DNA from: Sphingomonadaceae bacterium
Lineage (GTDB): Bacteria > Pseudomonadota > Alphaproteobacteria > Sphingomonadales > Sphingomonadaceae
NCBI GenBank assembly: GCA_047975785.1
Contig: JBKEEC010000064.1
Coordinates: 1 to 55,799 of the forward strand
Length of the DNA stretch: 55,799 nucleotides
Reading direction: 5' to 3'
Shown here: piece after piece, positions 1 through 6,493 of the stretch
Position numbering within the stretch: position 1 is the first letter of the stretch
How the letters are laid out: each line of letters opens with the position of its first letter
The notes under the pieces: generated by a model
Database searches by the model: none
Told to the model about the DNA's origin: nothing
What the model saw: only the letters and a program-made list of their open reading frames with translations
Translations under genes and position numbers: made by a program

Positions 1-831
1 CCTGCTATCCTACTAGTCAACTATATCGCATCAGTTCTTGGCTTTGGCACGATACAGTCGGCTCTTGCGATATCTACTGGCGCTCTCGCAACGTCAGAAG
101 ATGGTCGCAAGTGGCTGACAATTAACGGCGCAGACGTGCGTAGATGCAATTCCGACCTTGTCATAACCTTACGAGGCGAAGATGGCCGGGAGGAAACTGT
201 CGGGATTTCGACGAAGCAATGCAACAATCGCACACCGACCAACGCCCAATTATATTTTACGACGGCTTGCGGCTTTTCAAATTTGCTTCGCAGCAATGGA
301 ATTGAGGTTTCCGACAGCGCCGTGCTGGCGTTGAGGCAGTTTTGCGGGGATGTGGGGTTCCGTCCTCTAGACGATGCCAATGCGCTGAATGGACGCGAGG
401 TCGATCCCCGTCGATATTTCTGGGAAGAAATCGACGCCCAAGGCAGGGCAGAGTGGGAGGGGCTCTTCACTGACCGGCAGGATGATATCACCAGGCTGAT
501 GCTGCAAAAGGCCTATATGAACGATCCTTTCGTTCCCACCTTCCTGCTGCACAAGACTTGCGCCGCTCCGTCTTGGGAACAGACGGAAGTCGCGATTTAC
601 ACGATTGACGAACTTCTGCAGCATTCGCGTGACTACGGGCGCTTCAACACGAAAGCGTACTCAGTGCGAAAGGGAAGTCACCGAGACCCGGCCGGGGTGA
701 CACATGAAGCGCCTCGATTTGGCATTGTCCAGATGCAGCGCGGCGGACAGGCTCAGCACCCCGATCAGCTTCAATTCAATCTAGAAGCGGGGTACTTCTA
801 CAAGATTCAAAATGCGCGTCCGAATATGTGA
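1..831 (+). CDS. Putative type II restriction endonuclease; the 5' end lies outside the window
   Basis: Frame 1 has no stop from nt 1 to the TGA at 829-831, so track ORF 136..831 is only the Met-initiated part. It is convergent with a C5 DNA methyltransferase and overlaps it by 51 nt. The string DLVITLRGEDGREETVGISTK (D-x17-S-x-K, nt ~154-216) is compatible with a PD-(D/E)xK-like site. The C-terminal PRFGIVQMQRGG...QLQFN resembles my recollection of MspI/HpaII-type enzymes; the family assignment is unverified. Confidence 0.55.
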   Translation, partial: PAILLVNYIASVLGFGTIQSALAISTGALATSEDGRKWLTINGADVRRCNSDLVITLRGEDGREETVGISTKQCNNRTPTNAQLYFTTACGFSNLLRSNGIEVSDSAVLALRQFCGDVGFRPLDDANALNGREVDPRRYFWEEIDAQGRAEWEGLFTDRQDDITRLMLQKAYMNDPFVPTFLLHKTCAAPSWEQTEVAIYTIDELLQHSRDYGRFNTKAYSVRKGSHRDPAGVTHEAPRFGIVQMQRGGQAQHPDQLQFNLEAGYFYKIQNARPNM

Positions 832-2181
832 TGCGATTGCACGGGCCAATAACGGCGGAACTGCGTTCCCAATGCCAGTCCTGATTGTTCCTAAGCTACC
901 GATGAAGCGATAGGTGTCGGGGAAGGACTGAATGCGTGCGGCCTCACGGACTGTAAGAGAACGGGTCGCTATAGGATGTACGTTTCGGCACCCTGAAATC
1001 ATGCCGAATGTCGTTTGCACAGCCCCAGCCGGTTCGTTCCAAATTTGCCGCTTGTAGGTCGTATTGTAGCCCGAGGGCGGGCGCATATTAGGGTCTTCGT
1101 TGTCGTGTGCGCTGCGGCCCTCTGGCACGTTCCAAAGCCAGTTGATCACATGGTCGGGGTGGGAAACGGCCTCATGCAAAGGATCGGCGCTCGATTCACC
1201 AGATTCGAGAAAGGCCAAATCGGAACATGCATCAGCAAATGTCCGATAGGGCTCTGTCATCTGCAAAAGGTCGCATGATGAACCGTGTGAGGACTGCGGA
1301 AGGCTAGGTGACCTTCCCAATGCTTTATCTACTGCAACGAAGATGACGCGCTCTCGATGCTGCGGCACCCCGAAATCCTTCGCATTGATTTCAAAGAGGC
1401 TGACGTCGTAGCCTTCCTTTCGGAATTCGTCTTGAATGGCTTCCTTTACGAAAGCTCCCGCCTTATTTTTCATCGATGTAAGCAGCCGGACATTTTCCAG
1501 CACGGCAACCTTCGGGCGCAATCGCCGGACCACCCGAATATAGTCTCGGAAAAGCTCGTTGCGAGGGTCATCGACTTTGCGTTTGCCAGCCAAACTAAAG
1601 CCCTGGCAGGGGGGGCCACCGACGAGGACGTCGATTGACCCATGGCCGGCCACAAATTTGGCAAGATCGTCATCGGTCAAATCTTGGATGCTGCCGCCGA
1701 TGCGAGGAGTACCCGGAAAGTTTGCGCTATAGATCTCACTCAAGGCGTCGTCGATTTCAACAAACCCCTTGATTTGGCAACCTGCGCTGCGGAACCCGAG
1801 ACTGAGCCCGCCACAACCAGAAAAAAGGCTTAGCGCGCTAAATGATGGGGGTGTATGTTGCTCCAACTCAGCCAATTCACGCAGATATGCTTCGTTTCCT
1901 GACGAGGTTTTGTGCCGTGCGACGCGCTCAGGTTTATGCATGATCTGGGAGTATTCGTGCTCCCGATAGCGCTTCTTTCTCTGCACCACGGCCTTTGCCA
2001 AAGCGTCATCTTCAAACGATGCTCGCAACATTTCACTGAGGTTGGAACTAAGGTCGCCCTTGCCCAATTCAAAGGCCGAAAGAAGATGCTGCGGCACCCC
2101 GCTGACCTCTGCGAGCTTTGCCTGAGAAAGACCAATTTCCTCGCGATACGCCCTTAGTGCACTGCCGTCTTTGAACATCAC
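781..2181 (-). CDS. DNA (cytosine-5)-methyltransferase with a fused N-terminal XRE-type HTH domain
   Basis: C5-MTase motifs are present: I FSGCGGLSLGF, IV GGPPCQGFS, VI ENV, VIII QHRERVIFV, X GNAVPP. The first ~60 aa (LRAYREEIGLSQAKLAEVSGVPQHLLSAFELGK) read as a Cro/XRE helix-turn-helix. Start is GTG at 2181 or ATG at 2178. Confidence 0.93.
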   Translation of the reverse strand: MMFKDGSALRAYREEIGLSQAKLAEVSGVPQHLLSAFELGKGDLSSNLSEMLRASFEDDALAKAVVQRKKRYREHEYSQIMHKPERVARHKTSSGNEAYLRELAELEQHTPPSFSALSLFSGCGGLSLGFRSAGCQIKGFVEIDDALSEIYSANFPGTPRIGGSIQDLTDDDLAKFVAGHGSIDVLVGGPPCQGFSLAGKRKVDDPRNELFRDYIRVVRRLRPKVAVLENVRLLTSMKNKAGAFVKEAIQDEFRKEGYDVSLFEINAKDFGVPQHRERVIFVAVDKALGRSPSLPQSSHGSSCDLLQMTEPYRTFADACSDLAFLESGESSADPLHEAVSHPDHVINWLWNVPEGRSAHDNEDPNMRPPSGYNTTYKRQIWNEPAGAVQTTFGMISGCRNVHPIATRSLTVREAARIQSFPDTYRFIGSLGTIRTGIGNAVPPLLARAIASHIRTRILNLVEVPRF

Positions 2182-2301
2182 CCAATCCGATTTTTGCCGC
2201 GAAAACGCGCGTGGCTCAACTCCGGTGCAAAGTGCCCAATGTGAAACAAAAAGACAACACGAGGTCGTCTAACGCCGTTCCAGTTTCCCCAAGATGCTCG
2301 G

Positions 2302-2481
2302 TCAGTCCGGTTCGTATGGATTTGTAGGTCTCGACCGGCAGGCGTCGCACAAGCGGTTGCCCGGCCCCTCACTCGCAAACGGCTTGCGACAGCACAGGCA
2401 TGGGCGCTCCCGCCCAGCCGGGCTGACATACTTGACGCCCCCTCCGAGCCCATCTGCGGCGATGATGCCTGGCGGCCTCAT
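2302..2481 (-). CDS. Small Cys-rich (CxxC...CxxC, zinc-ribbon-like) protein in the high-GC phage/ICE-like patch
   Basis: This is the internal ATG (2481) of track ORF 2302..2598. The product MRPPGIIAADG...RPCLCCRKPFASEGPGNRLCDACRSRP has two CxxC pairs. It overlaps the 3' part of ORF 2369..2794 in another frame. Confidence 0.4.
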   Translation of the reverse strand: MRPPGIIAADGLGGGVKYVSPAGRERPCLCCRKPFASEGPGNRLCDACRSRPTNPYEPD

Positions 2482-2794
2482 TGCCTTGCTCTTCGCCGCA
2501 TGGCTCAGATTCCGGTTCAGGCTGCCAGGCGAGCTCCTCGCCGTAGTGCGCCAGAGCATCGTCGCGCGCGTCGAGGTAACGCAGGTGCAGGTTCGCATCT
2601 GGGGCGAACACGTCGATGTCAGCCTGCCGGGCCTCGTACCCGCGCTTGAGGTCGGCCAGTGCCCGATCGTGAGCGGCCTGTCGGGCTTCGCTCGTAGTGC
2701 GGACCAGCCATTCGGTGGCGGTCTCTTCCTGCGAGCCCGGCGCGTGACGCGCTACCCAGGCGTCGGCCAGCATGGTTGCAATCGGGTCACTCAC
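2369..2794 (-). CDS. Hypothetical protein in the high-GC patch; its C-terminal third may be out-of-frame or degraded
   Basis: A GTGA overlap (2791-2794) couples it to the upstream ORF. The N-terminal ~95 aa look protein-like (MSDPIATMLADAWVARH...YGEELAWQPEPE). The tail (CGEEQGNEAARHHRRRWARRGRQ) is low-complexity and overlaps the Cys-rich ORF. Confidence 0.4.
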   Translation of the reverse strand: MSDPIATMLADAWVARHAPGSQEETATEWLVRTTSEARQAAHDRALADLKRGYEARQADIDVFAPDANLHLRYLDARDDALAHYGEELAWQPEPESEPCGEEQGNEAARHHRRRWARRGRQVCQPGWAGAPMPVLSQAVCE

Positions 2795-3357
2795 CGCCCC
2801 GCCTCCCCAAGGGCCATAATGCTCTTGGCGGCCTGCGCGGCAGGGAGGTTTCGCAGGTCGAGGATTTCACCGAACCGCTTGACGAGCGCGGAGCCCGAGG
2901 CTGTCACGTGTGCCAGCGCAGCGTCGGTCGCTTCAAGCTGGGCATTGTCCACCGGAGCGAACTTGGCGGCGGTGCGGGCCCGGAGCGTTGCATGGGCGGC
3001 CGGTTCAAGCCCGGAAAGGAAAGGCTGGGCATGCAGCACCGCCGCCACGGTCGCCACGTCGCCCTGCTCGATGGCTGCGGCGATGAAGGTCAACCGCTCG
3101 TCGGGCTTCTTCATGGTCTTGATGTGGGACCGGACTTCTGCCGCCAGGGCGAGGCCTTCCGGGGTCTTGCGCGCTGGGTGATCGAGCGCGGTGGCAACGC
3201 GCGCGGCGAAGGTGTCGCGGTAGCCCTTCAACTCGGCTACTCGCCGGTCTACGGCGGGGCTGACACGGGCAAAGGCCTTCTCGGCAGCGGCAATGAACTT
3301 TTCTGCATCGACGTAGCGGGTCGGCTTCCCGTTCTTCATGCGAACATTGCCAGTCAC
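2791..3357 (-). CDS. Hypothetical protein (phage/ICE-like, Ala-rich)
   Basis: This 188-aa ORF has GC3-rich codon use consistent with the ~70% GC patch. Its start, 3357, lies 7 nt from the point where the IS5-type reading frame opens (3364). I recognised no motif. Confidence 0.55.
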   Translation of the reverse strand: MTGNVRMKNGKPTRYVDAEKFIAAAEKAFARVSPAVDRRVAELKGYRDTFAARVATALDHPARKTPEGLALAAEVRSHIKTMKKPDERLTFIAAAIEQGDVATVAAVLHAQPFLSGLEPAAHATLRARTAAKFAPVDNAQLEATDAALAHVTASGSALVKRFGEILDLRNLPAAQAAKSIMALGEAGR

Positions 3358-3363
3358 CTCTGA

Positions 3364-4071
3364 CCCAGAGCCTGCTCAGGATGGCGGGTCTGTCTGGACT
3401 GGCCTGCCCCGGATTACACGACGCTGTGTCGGCGCCAGAAGAGCTTGTCGGTCGATCTGGGCGGGAGGCCCAGCGCAAGCGGGCTGCACTTGCTGGTTGA
3501 TAGCACGGGCATCAAGATGATGGGTGAAGGGGAGTGGAAAGCGCGCAAACATGGCGCTTCCTACCGCCGCCAGTGGGGCAAGGTGCATCTGGGGGTCGAC
3601 GCGGAAACCTTCGATATCCGGGCGATCGAGGTAACAACGAACACCGTCGGCGATGGCCAGACCCTTCCCGATCTTCTGGCGCAGATCCCGGAAAATGAGA
3701 CCATTGTCACCGTCGGCGGCGATGGTGCCTATGACACGAGGGCCTGCCACGCGGTCATTGCCGGGCGCGGTGCCGATCCGGTCATCCCGGTACGTCGCAA
3801 CGGCAAGCCATGGACCAAGGACGGTCCCGGCGTCGACGCTCGCAATGAAACGCTGCACGTGATGAAGCGGCTCGGCAGGGCGATCTGGAAAAAGTGGAGT
3901 GGCTATCACCGCCGCAGCCTGGTCGAGACCAAGATGCACTGCTTTAAGCTGCTCGGCCAGCGCCTCGCTGCCCGCACCTTCGATCGCCAGGTAACCGAAC
4001 TCAAAGTCCGTGCCGCAATCCTCAATCGTTTCTCTCAAATCGGAATGCCCAATACCATCCGCGTCGCATAA
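3364..4071 (+). pseudogene. 5'-truncated DDE transposase (IS4/IS5 superfamily)
   Basis: DDE contexts are LLVDSTGIK, GGDGAYD and SLVETKMHCFK. Similarity to IS5-type transposases starts near PDYTTLCRRQKSL (nt 3409). The track ORF starts at a TTG (3445), and there is no plausible native start. Confidence 0.8.
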
Positions 4072-4123
4072 TATTATCAAGTAATCAGTTGCTTGTGACC
4101 TTCAGGCGTTATGCAACAAAGCC
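3364..4123 (+). mobile_element. IS5-family insertion sequence remnant with an IS903-like right terminus; the left end and about 85-100 N-terminal transposase codons are missing
   Basis: The reverse complement of 4105-4123 is GGCTTTGTTGCATAACGCC, against the IS903 terminal repeat recalled as GGCTTTGTTGAATAAATC. The transposase frame is open only back to 3364. No matching left inverted repeat is present. Confidence 0.7.
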
Positions 4124-4424
4124 CTTCAGCAGACAGGCCCAATTTTTCGGCCAGTGCGCGGGCAGCGTCCACCTGATCCATGCCGTTCAGATACGCATAG
4201 AGGGAGACAGGATCACCGCCCGCATCACCCGTAGCAAAATCGGCCCATGCACCTTTTTCGGTGTTTACCGAAAAAGAGCCGGGCTTCTGATCGTTGCGCA
4301 TCGGATTGCGCGCCAGATACTCTTTGCCTTTGGCCACACCGCCGGGGAGCCAGTCGGAAAGCAACCGGGACAAGGCCGGGATCGCAGCCGCATTGACGGC
4401 GGAAAAATCAATTTGTGCGTTCAT
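4122..4424 (-). pseudogene. N-terminal ~100 codons of a phage/plasmid primase-like protein, cut by the IS end
   Basis: The sequence LLSDWLPGGVAKGKEYLARNPMRNDQKPGSFSVNTEKGAWADFATGDAGGDPVSLYAYLNG matches my recollection of N-termini of alphaproteobacterial toprim/primase proteins of mobile elements. The last 14 codons of track ORF 4077..4424 (LCCITPEGHKQLIT) are read through the IS terminus. Confidence 0.5.
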
Positions 4425-4756
4425 ATCGCACCTCCCATAATTCCAGCCAGTTCTTCAAAATAATCCATGGCTGATTGCTCTTCGATTTTGGCCACATGCA
4501 GGGCGCGTTCGGGCAGCAAGGCTTCAATATGACCACGAAAAAGGTTGCGAAGCATCCTTGCAGGCATAGCTTCAGCTTCCACGGTTTCGCGGATATGCAG
4601 GGCGCGGCGGTCTGTCATTTTGCGGGGCTTTATCGGCAGATCGTGTTCGGCAATCTGTTCAGGCGTGATAGCAATGCGCGAAAAATGCAGGTCTAACGGT
4701 CGAGCATCGCCTCGACCTTCTCCGGTCCTTGCATCTGTCAGTCTCCTGTGAATCAC
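4421..4756 (-). CDS. Hypothetical protein coupled to the primase-like fragment
   Basis: An ATGA overlap lies at 4421-4424. The start is GTG, and the frame stays open a further ~110 nt upstream without an ATG, so the gene may itself be 5'-degraded. Confidence 0.4.
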   Translation of the reverse strand: MIHRRLTDARTGEGRGDARPLDLHFSRIAITPEQIAEHDLPIKPRKMTDRRALHIRETVEAEAMPARMLRNLFRGHIEALLPERALHVAKIEEQSAMDYFEELAGIMGGAI

Positions 4757-5080
4757 CGCGCGATTTGCGGTGTGCGGAGACAGTGCGGCGAAGCGGACCC
4801 GGTTGCGATTTCCCCAAATGCCGACGGGGGAGCCGGACCTCCTGCCCTGCTGTCGGGAGACCTTGCCGGTTACCTTGCCGCATGGTCATGGGGCCGAAGC
4901 CCAAGAAGGGCTGGCGCTCGGCAATGGCCGCCTTATCCTCGCTTAGGTTAGGGTCGATGGCAGGCGTGCCGATCTCGCGCCCGCGCGCGTGAGGACCAGC
5001 GGTTCAAGCGGGCGGAGGGCGGCACTTCCTGCCCAAAAAGGCACAATCCGTCGCAGGCGTCGGGGTACAGGCGCCACTGA

Positions 5081-5185
5081 TTTTCACGTGAGATTATTGC
5101 TCATTCGGTGTGGCTTTATATGCGCTTCAATCTCAGCCTTCGTGAAGTCGAGGAAATGCTGCTGGAACGCGGCGTTGAGGCGTCT
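5081..5185 (+). pseudogene. IS6-family transposase N-terminal fragment (~35 codons)
   Basis: FSREIIAHSVWLYMRFNLSLREVEEMLLERGVE compares with the recalled IS6100/IS26 segment FQGDVILWAVRWYCRYPISYRDLEEMLAERGI. A TDF tripeptide in another frame just upstream (5071-5079) suggests a frameshifted start. Similarity ends at ~5185. Confidence 0.7.
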
Positions 5186-5194
5186 TGCACCAAA

Positions 5195-5290
5195 CTGCAA
5201 TGATGCTGTCGCATCAGCAGCTGGAACCGCTCAGGCGCCGCACAGGCTTGACCAATGTGTGATGAGTCAAGCTCATCGCACATTGGTATT
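5195..5290. repeat. Interspersed repeat copy: core ctgcaatgatgctgtcgcatcagcag, gctcaggcg, and a 15-bp-stem hairpin
   Basis: It shares its core with 10612-10673, 12307-12360, 21787-21846 and 34021-34090. The hairpin at 5252-5286 is homologous to 34090-34124. Confidence 0.8.
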
Positions 5291-5415
5291 ATGAGACCAT
5301 CCGCTACCATCGACTTGAGGCATGTGATGCATGGAAGGCTGCAGCACATCTCGCCTGACAACATCACCACTTTTCGGCCCTTTCGCGATCCGGTAAGTTA
5401 ACGTGACAATGCCGC

Positions 5416-6351
5416 TCAAACATAGGTTTCTATTGTCGGGTAACCGGGGTTTCGTGCCACGCTGGAAAGCAGGAAATCCTCAAGCTGGTTGGCGTGGCGG
5501 TTATCAGAATCGGGCACGCGAAACCACATGAGATGCCAATTGGCCAAAGGATATAGCTGGACCAGCTTTAGCCGGGTTTCTGGCGACAAAAACGATTCGG
5601 CAATACAGGCAATGCCCAGTCCCCGCTCAACCATGGTGCATGTTACATCGATATAGTCTGTATGGCATATAATATGATGGGGGTGGATTTTATGTTCTGA
5701 CAAGGCGTTCAGCTGCATGATTTCCTGATCTGATCCGGCCTTGGGCAGAATGAACGGCAAACCGGTAATTTCTTCGGGTGATAGCGGGAGGTCAGAGTTT
5801 CCGGCATATTGTGCGGTGCCATAAATCCCGCTCCTGATCAGGGCGAGGCACTTGCACTCCAGTTCAATAGGCATGTCGGCGCGGTGGTGAAACATGGCAA
5901 AATCCACATTGCCATTGCGAAACTCACTGCTGAGGCGATCCGTCGGGAAATGCGTGACAAACTCGCACTCAATCAGAGGGTGATCGCCGAGAAACTGATC
6001 CAGTTGGGGGCGAACATAATTATCAAATAATACCTGCCCGATCAGGATGCGGAAGGATGAGCCGGTTTCTCCCTTGCTGGAAACGGCCCTGTGTGATGCC
6101 AGTTTCCGGCTTGCTTCCCTGAATTGTTGCAGATCCGCACGGAAAGCCAGACCCTGACGGGTAAGCGACGGCCTTTTGCCGGGACTGCGGGCAAACAGCT
6201 TGATTCCCATCTGCATTTCCAGCTGGGCAACCTGATTGCTGACAGAGGCCTGGGTTATGCCAAGGCGTTCGGATGTTTCGCGGAAACTGAGTGTTTCGCA
6301 CACCGCTTCGAAAATATCGAGCTGACGCAATGTATAGGGCAGGTTGGGCAT
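5416..6351 (-). CDS. LysR-family transcriptional regulator
   Basis: The N-terminal HTH reads LRQLDIFEAVCETLSFRETSERLGITQASVSNQVAQLEMQMGIKLF. Its 311-aa length is typical. It is divergent from the TonB-receptor gene. Confidence 0.92.
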   Translation of the reverse strand: MPNLPYTLRQLDIFEAVCETLSFRETSERLGITQASVSNQVAQLEMQMGIKLFARSPGKRPSLTRQGLAFRADLQQFREASRKLASHRAVSSKGETGSSFRILIGQVLFDNYVRPQLDQFLGDHPLIECEFVTHFPTDRLSSEFRNGNVDFAMFHHRADMPIELECKCLALIRSGIYGTAQYAGNSDLPLSPEEITGLPFILPKAGSDQEIMQLNALSEHKIHPHHIICHTDYIDVTCTMVERGLGIACIAESFLSPETRLKLVQLYPLANWHLMWFRVPDSDNRHANQLEDFLLSSVARNPGYPTIETYV

Positions 6352-6493
6352 GGTGGCAGAATACTCAACCTATAACTTCAGGGCAATGTTCGAGATTACT
6401 TTGGCATGTATTGCTACGCCATCCCAAAATAGACATAATTTATAACAATCGTTACAAAGTAATATGTAAAATCACCAGGGATGAGGACTGTTT

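Larger units (their letters stand above)
5021..5413 (+). mobile_element. IS6-family relic: both ends present, interior replaced or deleted
   Basis: The left end is GGCACTTCCTGCCC (5021). The reverse complement of the right end is GGCATTGTCACG (5413). The IS26-type repeat is recalled as GGCACTGTTGCAAA. N-terminal and possible C-terminal transposase fragments (ATIDLRHVM against the ATIxxxxVM spacing in IS6 transposases) flank a repeat copy. The right end sits 2 nt from the LysR stop codon. Confidence 0.45.

Noticed and set aside
4995-5015. ggttcaagcgggc resembles a tRNA T-arm and could be an att-site remnant
   Set aside because: No 5-bp T-stem or 7-nt loop geometry can be drawn, and no acceptor stem or CCA context is present. 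I did not call it a tRNA fragment.
5116-5370. Small ORFs 5116-5370(-), 10519-10791(-), 26276-26464(+) and 33669-34025(+), with recurring peptides such as ERFxLxMRQHHC and FSEKVDRL
   Set aside because: The similarity comes from nucleotide-level repeat copies read in one frame. The ORFs cross gene boundaries and repeats, so they are annotation artefacts rather than a small-protein family.
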